In this document: piece after piece, positions 1 through 8,806 of the stretch
Position numbering within the stretch: the stretch's first letter is position 1
Layout of the letters: every line of letters begins with the position of its first letter
Origin: an uncultured Bacilli bacterium
GTDB taxonomy: Bacteria; Bacillota_I; Bacilli_A; RF39; UBA660
Reading direction: 5' to 3'
DNA length: 53,157 bases
NCBI GenBank assembly: GCA_934097105.1
Contig: CAKONI010000004.1
Span: 1 to 53,157, forward strand
Position numbers and translations under genes: made by a program
The notes under the pieces: model-generated
Databases searched by the model: none
What the model saw: only the letters and a program-made list of their open reading frames with translations
Told to the model about the DNA's origin: nothing

Positions 1-1378
1 TTGTTGAAATATAACTGTGAATGTTAAATGGAGAAATGCTTACTATTTTGTCAGTTCCTAGTATTGTCATTACTGATGCGTAATTTGTATCTTGTCCTTC
101 TTTGGTTCCTATATTAGAGTCAAAACCAATTAAATAGTAATCTATACCTCCTGAGGTTGTTGCATAGTTTTCTTCATTTATTTTTTCTTTTATAATGGGA
201 AGGTTTTTTTCTAAATCAAAATTGTCATAAAAAAGTTTTTGATTATTTTCTATTATTTTGTTTTCATCATAATTGATTAGTTGTTTGTAAAAAACGCTAT
301 CTTTATTCCATTTATTTTCATTTAATATGCCTAGATTATGCTTTATATAGGATTCTAATCTATAGAAGTTTCTAAGATCGCTATCTTTTTCTATTGAATT
401 ATAGGCTTTTATTAGATAGAATAAAGCACTTTCAAAGTCATTTTCTCTGGCGTAAAGATTAGCGAGTTCTAGGAATGTTTTATAATTTTGATCACTTTCT
501 AAGTACCATTCTTTTGCTTCGTCAAATTTTCTTATTTTTTTGGCTATGGTACCTAATAGTGGCTGATAATTATAATAATTTTCATAGGCAATTTTTAAAC
601 AGTCGTAGGCTTTTTCAAAGTCTCCTTGATGATTATAAATTTTTCCTAAATTAGAGGCTGTCGCCCCGTCTTTATTCATAGAAAGTGCTTTTTCGTAAAG
701 TTTTTTACTTAATTCTATATTATTATCGTTATATTCAAGTGTTGCAAGTTCTGAGAGTGCAATGTAATCTTCAGGATTTAATCTTATAATTTTTTTAAGA
801 ATTTTTTTTGCACTTTTGGTATAACCTTGTTTTTTCTTAATTTTAGCAAGACTAAATAAGGCTTTGGAATCATTTTCTTTTACTCGTAATGTTTGCTCAT
901 AGTATTCAATAGCGGTTTTATAGTCTCCTTTTAGTTCATAAGTTTTAGCGAGTTCAAATGAGGCGATTGGATCGTGATGAATATTTGCAAGTTTTTTTAG
1001 TTTTTCTACATCGAAAATATTATTTTCTTTATCTATTCTAATGCTTTCTGATAGGGATTCTCTATTATTTGGATCGAATGATAATACAGTATTTGTATAT
1101 TCTTTGGCTTTTTCGTAGTTTTTGTCTAGAAATTCTAGTCTTGCTAAGGAGTAATAGACATAAGGTGTATCGGCATAATTAAATAAAGTGTGAAGTATTT
1201 CTTTGGCTTTTTCTCTATACTTTTTATCATATCCAATATTTCTGGCTATAGTTACTAGAAGATCGTAATCGTCTTTATTTTCATTATAAATTTTCATTAA
1301 TTTTTCGACCTTTTTATTCTCATCTTTTTCATATCTACATATTTCCCCAACTTCTAAATGTTTTTCTTTTTCTCTCAT
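1..1378 (-). CDS. TPR-repeat protein; start codon in window, 3' end runs off the left edge
   Basis: Absent from the ORF track because no stop lies in the window. Manual minus-strand translation from ATG 1378-1376 (MREKEKHLEVGEICRYEKDENKKVEKLMKIYNENKDDYDLLVTIARNIGYDKKYREKAKE...) was checked open at the 1201-1378, 601-660 and 2-61 segments, and nothing suggests a stop elsewhere. Recurrent helical A/Y/L motifs (YEKAKEY, YKTAIEYYEQ, FEKAYDCLKIAYE) fit TPR repeats. Confidence 0.6.
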   Translation of the reverse strand, partial: MREKEKHLEVGEICRYEKDENKKVEKLMKIYNENKDDYDLLVTIARNIGYDKKYREKAKEILHTLFNYADTPYVYYSLARLEFLDKNYEKAKEYTNTVLSFDPNNRESLSESIRIDKENNIFDVEKLKKLANIHHDPIASFELAKTYELKGDYKTAIEYYEQTLRVKENDSKALFSLAKIKKKQGYTKSAKKILKKIIRLNPEDYIALSELATLEYNDNNIELSKKLYEKALSMNKDGATASNLGKIYNHQGDFEKAYDCLKIAYENYYNYQPLLGTIAKKIRKFDEAKEWYLESDQNYKTFLELANLYARENDFESALFYLIKAYNSIEKDSDLRNFYRLESYIKHNLGILNENKWNKDSVFYKQLINYDENKIIENNQKLFYDNFDLEKNLPIIKEKINEENYATTSGGIDYYLIGFDSNIGTKEGQDTNYASVMTILGTDKIVSISPFNIHSYIST

Positions 1379-1571
1379 ATATACCCCTTTCCTTTCAGGA
1401 ATGTATATTTTACTACGTTTTATTTATTTTTTCAAGGTAAAATTCATAAAATATTACTTTAAGAAGTAATAAAGATAATTTCAAGTCTTGAAAAAATAAG
1501 ATTTTGTGGTAATATATGGGCAATTTTTAATGTAGATGGGTGCTTAAATATGGATTTTATGATGAGTACTT

Positions 1572-1621
1572 AATATAAAAGAAAAGTACTAAGTATTATA
1601 GATATTATATTACTTAGTACT
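1572..1621 (-). terminator. Rho-independent terminator after the BspA-like gene
   Basis: Perfect 11-bp stem agtactaagta (1585-1595) / tacttagtact (1611-1621). A T-rich run follows on the minus strand (A-run 1572-1584 on plus), about 20 nt past the stop at 1640. Confidence 0.55.
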
Positions 1622-1639
1622 AATTATATTATTTATTAT

Positions 1640-4600
1640 TTATGAAAGAGTGAAACTCTTACCTGAACATGGTTCTGCATAGACACTACTAGAGGAACCA
1701 TACCATTTACTGGTTGTGTTAGTTAGATTTCCTGTTGTACTTGGTATTTTTACAGTCCAGGTTGTGGCAGATAAGCCTGCAGAAGAAAACATTTCTTTCA
1801 TATTAGTAACCTTTGATGTATTCCAATTTGATAAATTTAAATTAAAATTCGTAGCATTTTGGCCTGCTCCCAAAAACATTCCTCTCATACCTGTTACCTT
1901 TGAGGTATTCCAGTTTGAAAGATCTCCTATGCTCCATGTTGTGGCTTTTTCGCCTGCGTGATTAAACATAAAACTCATATTGGTTACACTTGATGTATTC
2001 CAGTTTGATAAATCTCCTATATTCCATGTTGTGGCACTGCTACCTGCATAATAAAACATAGAACTCATACTTGTTACATTTGAGGTATCCCAGTTTGATA
2101 TATTTCCTATACTCCATGTTGTAGCAGAAGAGCCTGCATTTGAAAACATAGTATTCATATATTTCACTTTTGATGTGTCCCAATTCGATAAATCTAAGTT
2201 AAAAGTTGTAGCATTTCGGCCTGCAACTTCAAACATATACCTCATATCAGTTACATTTGATGTATTCCATTTTTCTAAACCTACTAAGTTAAAAGTTGTG
2301 GCAGAAGAGCCTGCATTTGAAAACATACTGCTCATATCAGTTACTTTCGAGGTGTCCCAATTTGATAAATTCAAATTAAAAGTTGTAGCATTTTGGCCTG
2401 TTTGATAGAACATATAACTCATATTTGTTACACTTGAAGTATTCCAGTTTGACAAATCTCCTATACTCCATGTCTTGGCATTTTTGCCTGCTCCATTAAA
2501 TATAGAGTTCATATTAGTTACTTTCGAGGTGTCCCAATTTGATAAATTCAAATTAAAAGTTGTAGCATTTTGGCCTGCAGAATCAAACATAGATTCCATA
2601 CCTGTTACATTTGATGTATTCCAGTTTGATAAATCCAAATTAAAAGTTGTAGCATTTTGGCCTGCAGAAGAAAACATTCGCTTCGTATTTATTACATTTG
2701 AGGTGTCCCAGTTTGAAATATCTCCTATACTCCATGTTGTAGCAGAAGAGCCTGCATTTGAAAACATACTGCTCATATCAGTTACATTTGAAGTGTCCCA
2801 GTTTGACAAATCTCCTATACTCCAGGTTGTAGCTTTTTCACCGGTTCCAAAAAACATAGACCTCATATTTGTTACACTTGAAGTATTCCAGTTTGACAAA
2901 TCTCCTATACTCCAAGTCTTAGTATCAGAGAATTCACCAGCATCCTCTGCAAACATATAACTCATATCTGTTACCTTTGCTGTATTCCAACTATCCAAAC
3001 CAACCAAATTAAGAGTTTCAGCGTGATAACCTGCTCTAAAAAACATATAACTCATATCTGTTACTTTTGCTGTATTCCAATTTGACAAATCTAGATTGAT
3101 AGTTTTGCCATCATAGCCTATACCCCAAAACATATAATTCATATTTGTTACATTTGACGTATCCCATGAGGATAAATCTAAATTAACAGTTGCGACGGTG
3201 TTACTTTCACCTAATCCCACAAACATATACCTCATATCTGTCACTCTAGAAGTATCTAAATTAGAAAAATATCCCTTTTCCACATTATCAAATTGATAGA
3301 ACCAATATGCAGTAGAAGTGGGTTGTATTGTTTTTCCTATTTCTACACCTTTTACATTTCTACGTTCACTATACCATAATGAACTGTTATAGGAACTAAA
3401 TGCATACGAATTATCACTATCCATAGCATTATATTCATTAGCAACCTTTCCATGTTTTTCTATATTAGAATTTCTATTAGTATTTTGTTCATTTATTATA
3501 AATGTTCCATCTTCATATAATGATGTTACTTCACTTGTTACTTTTACTGTACATGTTGTATTATTTGTTATATTTTTTATTGTTACTTGATTATCTTTAA
3601 ATGTTCCTTTTTGATTATTTGTACAGGTTACTACTCCAAGTGCATTTTCTATATCTGAGATTATATTGAATATTCCATCTTCATTATATTTTACTCTCTT
3701 TGTAGAATCTCCATTTATTACTCCATTTTGTACTACTACATTTACTTCATACTCTTCTTTTTCCCATACTGCATATAAATCCACTATAGTATTATTATCT
3801 TCTGTTAAATCTATTACTTCTTCTTCATCATTATATTTTACATTTCCATTTAATTTAGTACTCCATCCTTTAAATATATTACCTGTTTTTGTAAATACAT
3901 TTTTAGTTAATTTGCTTTTAACTCCAGTTGTAAAACTAGAATTAGTCATTGTTCCAGTACCACCATTTGGATTGTATTTTACTTGATAAGTAACTCCCTC
4001 TTTAACCCAAACTGCATATAAATTAACTACTCCATTATATACATTTGTTAAATTACTTACTTGTTCTTCATCTGTATAAACTACATCTTTACTATTATTA
4101 ATACTCCATCCTTTAAATGTATAACCATTTTTTGTAAATGTATTTTTTGATAGTTTTTTTGTTTCTCCTTGTTTAAACGTAGTACTATTCATTGTTCCAG
4201 TACCACCATTACTATTATAATTTACTACATAAGTCTCTTCTGTATCTGTTTCATTTACATTAGTTTTTACTCCTAATTTAAATGCATAAGTAATATCATT
4301 TTCTTTATTAAAATCTATATTAGTATTTTTTTCATCTATCCATACTCTAAGTTTATATTTATCTTTTGTTTCGATGTTAGTACTATTATGATTATTAGTT
4401 TTAGTATATAAAACATAATCTTTACTTATATCACTTACGTTTTTTAATAATAACTCATTACCATCAAAATCTGTTAAATATACTTTTATTTCATCATCAC
4501 TTAACTGTTGTACATTTCCATCTTCTGTTTGTAATTTTTCTAAAACTATACTATAACTAATATTTTGATTTTTACTAGTTTTTGAAGTTACAACAAAATC

Positions 4601-4825
4601 AAATGCATCACTTTGAGTTTTACCTTCTTCATCACTCATAGGTATTGCATTAGGTATATTTATTACATTTGTATTACTTTCTAAAAATTCTAAGGATGTA
4701 CTATCTGTAATAATTTTATTTTCATTTTTTCCGGTATAAGTGCTTTTATAAATTGCATATGATCCTAAGATTAATCCTAATATAAATACTATTATTAGTA
4801 CAATAGTAAGTTTTTTATTTTTCAT
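1640..4825 (-). CDS. Large surface protein: signal/TM anchor, two Listeria-Bacteroides (Flg_new) repeats, then about 20 BspA/DUF285-type leucine-rich repeats
   Basis: The start was moved to ATG 4825 (MKNKKLTIVLIIVFILGLILG), which has a GAGGTG RBS upstream. Motifs YNSNGGTGTM...FTKNGYTFKGWS and YNPNGGTGTM...FTKTGNIFKGWS match Flg_new. The reiterated LSNWDTSNVTDMSSMF...AGxxATTF/W units are the DUF285/BspA signature. Confidence 0.8.
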   Translation of the reverse strand: MKNKKLTIVLIIVFILGLILGSYAIYKSTYTGKNENKIITDSTSLEFLESNTNVINIPNAIPMSDEEGKTQSDAFDFVVTSKTSKNQNISYSIVLEKLQTEDGNVQQLSDDEIKVYLTDFDGNELLLKNVSDISKDYVLYTKTNNHNSTNIETKDKYKLRVWIDEKNTNIDFNKENDITYAFKLGVKTNVNETDTEETYVVNYNSNGGTGTMNSTTFKQGETKKLSKNTFTKNGYTFKGWSINNSKDVVYTDEEQVSNLTNVYNGVVNLYAVWVKEGVTYQVKYNPNGGTGTMTNSSFTTGVKSKLTKNVFTKTGNIFKGWSTKLNGNVKYNDEEEVIDLTEDNNTIVDLYAVWEKEEYEVNVVVQNGVINGDSTKRVKYNEDGIFNIISDIENALGVVTCTNNQKGTFKDNQVTIKNITNNTTCTVKVTSEVTSLYEDGTFIINEQNTNRNSNIEKHGKVANEYNAMDSDNSYAFSSYNSSLWYSERRNVKGVEIGKTIQPTSTAYWFYQFDNVEKGYFSNLDTSRVTDMRYMFVGLGESNTVATVNLDLSSWDTSNVTNMNYMFWGIGYDGKTINLDLSNWNTAKVTDMSYMFFRAGYHAETLNLVGLDSWNTAKVTDMSYMFAEDAGEFSDTKTWSIGDLSNWNTSSVTNMRSMFFGTGEKATTWSIGDLSNWDTSNVTDMSSMFSNAGSSATTWSIGDISNWDTSNVINTKRMFSSAGQNATTFNLDLSNWNTSNVTGMESMFDSAGQNATTFNLNLSNWDTSKVTNMNSIFNGAGKNAKTWSIGDLSNWNTSSVTNMSYMFYQTGQNATTFNLNLSNWDTSKVTDMSSMFSNAGSSATTFNLVGLEKWNTSNVTDMRYMFEVAGRNATTFNLDLSNWDTSKVKYMNTMFSNAGSSATTWSIGNISNWDTSNVTSMSSMFYYAGSSATTWNIGDLSNWNTSSVTNMSFMFNHAGEKATTWSIGDLSNWNTSKVTGMRGMFLGAGQNATNFNLNLSNWNTSKVTNMKEMFSSAGLSATTWTVKIPSTTGNLTNTTSKWYGSSSSVYAEPCSGKSFTLS
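1738..3253 (-). repeat. Coding tandem repeat array (about 75-78 bp period) for the DUF285/BspA LRR units
   Basis: Near-identical DNA units recur, e.g. gtcccaatttgataaattcaaattaaaagttgtagcattttggcctg at about 2354 and about 2531. The plus-strand ORFs 1716-2960 are mirror-frame shadows of these repeats. Confidence 0.8.
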
Positions 4826-4892
4826 AATAAGTAACACCTCTATTTTCTTATAGTTTAATAATATCAAAAAAACATCTTTTAACAAGATGTTT

Positions 4893-5603
4893 TTATAATT
4901 TTTTTATATTTGAATTTAATTCTTTTACGTAATCTGTTACTATATTATCATGATTTGCACCTTTTATCATTACTACTTTTTTTCTTAAATTTTTACTTAA
5001 TGTTTTGTTCATTAGTTCTGGATTTACAGCGTCATCTTTATCTCCATATATTAGGATAATGTCATCTGGATCTATTTTTTCTAATTCTTCTCTTAGATCT
5101 CTTCTTACTATTATTTGGTAGGTATTTCTAAGGAATTTTGTACCATATTTCATTTCTGGGGTTCCTACTACGTAAATTACATATAAATTTCTTAGTACTT
5201 TTCTTAGTTTTTCTACCATTTTTGGAGTTTTTGCGAACTTTTTACTATTATCGAAGTTTCTAATTATTGCAGGTGCGACTAGAAATAATTTTGCTTTTTT
5301 ATTATATTTATTTTTATATATTGTTGCGACTGCTCCACCAAAGGAATATCCAAGTACTATATCAACTTTTATTTTATTTTTGTTTACGTAATCGTTTACG
5401 TATGATGCAAAGTCTTCGACATCCCATTCTTTTTTTGGTTCTTTTTCTCCGCAGAATCCTGGGAAGTTTAATGTATAAACGTTATAGTTTTTTTTAAGGG
5501 TTTCTATTAATTCTTTGCAATAGTCCCAGGCGTCTTTATCTGTTGTTTGTTTTGTATATTGTTCATAGTCCCAGCCATGTAATAGTAATATGTTTTTTTT
5601 CAT
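4893..5603 (-). CDS. Alpha/beta-fold hydrolase
   Basis: 236 aa with the nucleophile elbow GYSFGG and an LLLHGW oxyanion-type N-terminus. Its ATG overlaps the murF-like stop by 1 nt (TAATG). Confidence 0.6.
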   Translation of the reverse strand: MKKNILLLHGWDYEQYTKQTTDKDAWDYCKELIETLKKNYNVYTLNFPGFCGEKEPKKEWDVEDFASYVNDYVNKNKIKVDIVLGYSFGGAVATIYKNKYNKKAKLFLVAPAIIRNFDNSKKFAKTPKMVEKLRKVLRNLYVIYVVGTPEMKYGTKFLRNTYQIIVRRDLREELEKIDPDDIILIYGDKDDAVNPELMNKTLSKNLRKKVVMIKGANHDNIVTDYVKELNSNIKKL

Positions 5604-6991
5604 TATTCTAAGTTCTCCTCACAAATCTTATCAAAGTCGTAGCAATATTCGTGGTAATGATAAAATATTTCTCCGTCTAGATCTTTCATAAAATCATGAT
5701 TTTTTACAACTTCTACGTTAGGATGTTTTTTTAATTCATCGAAGTAATTTATTCCTTCGAAGATGAATACTTTATCAAATTTATCGAAGTATTCTGTTAT
5801 ACCTGCTAAATCATCGTCGTACCAATCTGTATCTCCATATTTTCTAATTACTAGGTAGCATTTATCATATAGATGAAGAGATAGTTGGTGCACTCTTTCT
5901 TTGAAACTACTGTCTCCATCGAATATTACATTTTTTCCGAAAAGTTCTACTCTTTGTAATCTATTTTCTACTGGTTTGAAGTTGTTTAAAGTTTCTATTA
6001 TTTTGTCTTCATCTATGCTATAGTACATACCTATATTGTATACTATTAGATATTGTATTATAGAAAGTTCTGTTAATATTGGTACATATATTTTTTTACC
6101 GTTTATGATTATTCCTTCGTTATCTCTTTCTACTTTACTTGGATAAAGTTCTTTTAGCTCTTTTAGGTTTGTTTCAAATAAAAATTCATCTTCGTAGTAT
6201 AATTTATTATCTTTTAGTGATAATTTTTTTAATTCTTGATCGTCTTTATTAATAAATCCCATTTTTGCATCTTTAAATACATAGGCTTTATTTTTACATG
6301 TGTCTGCGATTGTATTAAGTCCTGGTTCTCCTAGATGGGCATTTCCTATATTTATCATTGCAGATGTGTCTGGTTTTATTAATTCTGCTAATTTTTTTAC
6401 ATGATCTTTATAGAATATTCCCATTTCAAGAGCCACTATATCATGTGTTTTATTTAAGAAATTTATTATGTATGCTTTTAATAATATTGGTGTAATTCTA
6501 TCACTATAAATTCTTAATACTTTATATTTATTTTTAAGTACATTTTCTACAAGTCCTATAGTAGTTGTCTTACCAGCGCTTCCGGTTGCCGTTATGACCT
6601 CAAAGTCATTATTTTTAATTTGATAATCATATAATTTATCAATTGATCCCATTATATCATCTACTACTAGTAGTTTAGCATCATCATATTCTATTTTTTC
6701 TTTCATGTCTTCTTCAATGACAAATGTATATTCTTTAAATTTTCCAACAATTTCATTTATTGGTGTTTTTAGATCTGTTTTTACATCAATCCATCCTTCT
6801 TCTAACATTTCATCGCCTAATACAACTGGAAAGAAAAGAATATTTTTTGATCTATCTTCTATTCCATGATGTTTCATTGAAAGAATTCTTAAAAAGTCGA
6901 ATTCTTCGTTTTCTTCTACATTAATCAATTCTTTTACGTTTATAATTTCTTTTAATTTTTCTACACTATACTTATTTACTTCAAATTTCAT
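5603..6991 (-). CDS. murF: Mur ligase family protein, MurF-like (divergent)
   Basis: P-loop ITATGSAGKTTT, motif NIGNAHLGEPG, and an N-terminal domain before the P-loop as in MurF. Start placed at ATG 6991 (MKFEVNKY) behind an AAGGAG RBS. Lies directly downstream of mraY. Confidence 0.55.
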   Translation of the reverse strand: MKFEVNKYSVEKLKEIINVKELINVEENEEFDFLRILSMKHHGIEDRSKNILFFPVVLGDEMLEEGWIDVKTDLKTPINEIVGKFKEYTFVIEEDMKEKIEYDDAKLLVVDDIMGSIDKLYDYQIKNNDFEVITATGSAGKTTTIGLVENVLKNKYKVLRIYSDRITPILLKAYIINFLNKTHDIVALEMGIFYKDHVKKLAELIKPDTSAMINIGNAHLGEPGLNTIADTCKNKAYVFKDAKMGFINKDDQELKKLSLKDNKLYYEDEFLFETNLKELKELYPSKVERDNEGIIINGKKIYVPILTELSIIQYLIVYNIGMYYSIDEDKIIETLNNFKPVENRLQRVELFGKNVIFDGDSSFKERVHQLSLHLYDKCYLVIRKYGDTDWYDDDLAGITEYFDKFDKVFIFEGINYFDELKKHPNVEVVKNHDFMKDLDGEIFYHYHEYCYDFDKICEENLE

Positions 6992-7001
6992 ATTTTTCTC
7001 C

Positions 7002-7982
7002 TTATATCCAAAGTGCAAATATTATACCGAGTGCTGCGAAGACTATACCTGCGAGCCAGAATCCTTTTACTATGTCTGGTTCTTCATAGCCTTTTCTTTC
7101 AAAATGATGATGTATTGGTGTCATTAAAAAGACTCTTTTTCCTTTTAATGTGTACCAGAATACTTGTATCATTACGCTTAAGGCTTCTAAGCAGAATACA
7201 AGTCCAATTAGGAATAGTGTTAGTTCTCTTCTTGTAAGTATGGCAACGGTTGCTAGGACTGCTCCTAGGGCAAGGGAACCGGTATCTCCCATGAATACTC
7301 TAGCGGGATAGGCATTGAACATTAAAAATCCTGCGATTGCTCCGGTTAAGACGAAACAGAAGAAACCAACGTCTTCTTTGCCTATAAATAATGATATAAG
7401 GGCAAAGGCTACGAATGCTATGGAACTTAGTCCTCCGACTAATCCATCTAATCCGTCGGTTAGATTAACTGCGTTTGAGAATCCTACTAATAAGAGTAAT
7501 ATTAGTATTCCATATCCCCAGCCTAAATCGACGTTTATACCTAGTGTTGTTACTACGAATGTTGTATTGCCATTAAATTTCATATAAATAGCAAAGAATA
7601 TTAAAGCTATTATTATTTGTCCTATGAATTTTTGAATTACTGTTAAACCTTCGTTTTTTCCTCTTTTTATACTTAAAAAATCATCTAAGAAACCTAAGAA
7701 TGCGTATAAGACAAATACTATCATTATTATAAGTAAATTATACGTCATATGAAGTCTACCACTTATTATTAAGTAGATCATTGCGAGTATTGTAGGTATT
7801 ATAAATATGATACCTCCCATTGTAGGAGTTCCTTCTTTTTTTCTATGTGATTCTCCAACGTATTCGCTTATTCTTTGACCAAAGTTTACTCTTTTTAAAA
7901 ATGGTATTAGAATAAGACCTGTAACTACTGCGATTATGAAACCTATCATTACGCAAAGTATTGATTTTGTAAGCATTAACAT
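7002..7982 (-). CDS. mraY: Phospho-N-acetylmuramoyl-pentapeptide transferase MraY
   Basis: Polytopic membrane protein with MraY motifs: NAVNLTDGLDGL, MGDTGSLALG, TPIHHHFE. The track's GTG start lies inside the GAGGTG RBS, so ATG 7982 (MLMLTKS) is preferred. Confidence 0.9.
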   Translation of the reverse strand: MLMLTKSILCVMIGFIIAVVTGLILIPFLKRVNFGQRISEYVGESHRKKEGTPTMGGIIFIIPTILAMIYLIISGRLHMTYNLLIIMIVFVLYAFLGFLDDFLSIKRGKNEGLTVIQKFIGQIIIALIFFAIYMKFNGNTTFVVTTLGINVDLGWGYGILILLLLVGFSNAVNLTDGLDGLVGGLSSIAFVAFALISLFIGKEDVGFFCFVLTGAIAGFLMFNAYPARVFMGDTGSLALGAVLATVAILTRRELTLFLIGLVFCLEALSVMIQVFWYTLKGKRVFLMTPIHHHFERKGYEEPDIVKGFWLAGIVFAALGIIFALWI

Positions 7983-8108
7983 AAAATGCACCTCATTTCT
8001 TGATAATTATACTACATTTTTTTGAATTAGACTATATTTTGTTCTTTATTTTTTTCTTATTTACACTTTTCTTTTTAATTTTATTAAAATGTAGGAAAAA
8101 AAAGAACT

Positions 8109-8792
8109 CTACTTCTCTAATACTCCAATTACTAATGTATTTTTATTATCAGAATAGCCTGATTCTACATTACATGTTTGAAGTATTATTATATTAGAGT
8201 TTTCTTTTAAATTTATATTTGTATTATAAACTGATTTGTTTTTTAATTTATTTATGTGTTTTAAGTATGAAAGTCCATTGTAATTATTTAAATTTACGTA
8301 ATCAAAGTCCTCTTTCTCTATATAACTTGAAAATATTTTATATACTTTTGTACCATTTTCTGTATGAAGATAAATCTTTTTATGTTTTTTGTAATATTTT
8401 TCATTTAAGTATTTATCTAGTTTTACAAATGGAAGATGATTTCCTCTGGTTGAATTATGTCCATATATTAATATTTTTTTATCGTTTAAGGTATTTCTAT
8501 AGTCCATGAATACTGCACCTTTTTTATCTTTTTTATTTTTTATGTTGTGGTTTAGGTAATAGTCATTATTGGTGTGTTTGACCACTACTGTTTTTAGAAC
8601 GTTTGGTATTTCTAGGACTCCTACTATGTCATTATTTTTATATTTTTCTTTTAACTTAGTTATTTTATTTTCTTCTTGATTTTCTTTATTCATATTTATA
8701 CTATTTATAAGTGTTGTTTCATTTATTTTGGGAAGTAGTAGCATGGTTATTATTAGTATAAGTGCTGGTAGTAGTAAGAATGTTTTTTTCAT
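8109..8792 (-). CDS. srtB: Class B sortase
   Basis: 227 aa with a signal/TM anchor, NNDYYLNHNIKNKKDKKGAVFMDYRN (SrtB-type), the His motif LIYGHN and the catalytic ILQTC. Lies immediately downstream of a PPKTG-bearing substrate gene. Confidence 0.8.
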   Translation of the reverse strand: MKKTFLLLPALILIITMLLLPKINETTLINSINMNKENQEENKITKLKEKYKNNDIVGVLEIPNVLKTVVVKHTNNDYYLNHNIKNKKDKKGAVFMDYRNTLNDKKILIYGHNSTRGNHLPFVKLDKYLNEKYYKKHKKIYLHTENGTKVYKIFSSYIEKEDFDYVNLNNYNGLSYLKHINKLKNKSVYNTNINLKENSNIIILQTCNVESGYSDNKNTLVIGVLEK

Positions 8793-8806
8793 ATGGACTC
8801 CTTGTT

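Noticed and set aside
1716-2960. Plus-strand ORFs (81-161 aa) with repetitive sequences such as SQFDKFKLKVVAFWPA
   Set aside because: They lie antisense within the DUF285 repeat array of the 1640-4825 gene. Their periodicity mirrors the coding repeats, and they have no RBS or independent signals, so they are shadow ORFs.
1738-3253. Regularly spaced direct repeats that could be mistaken for a CRISPR array (also at 9001-10927 and 26082-27282)
   Set aside because: The repeats are contiguous with no unique spacers. They sit inside long ORFs and translate into protein repeat modules. No cas genes are present.
8000-8108. TATAAT box (8006-8011, minus strand) as the mraY promoter
   Set aside because: It lies only about 8 nt upstream of the RBS, so a transcript starting there would barely include the Shine-Dalgarno sequence. 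The -35 element is also poor. I did not report it as a feature.
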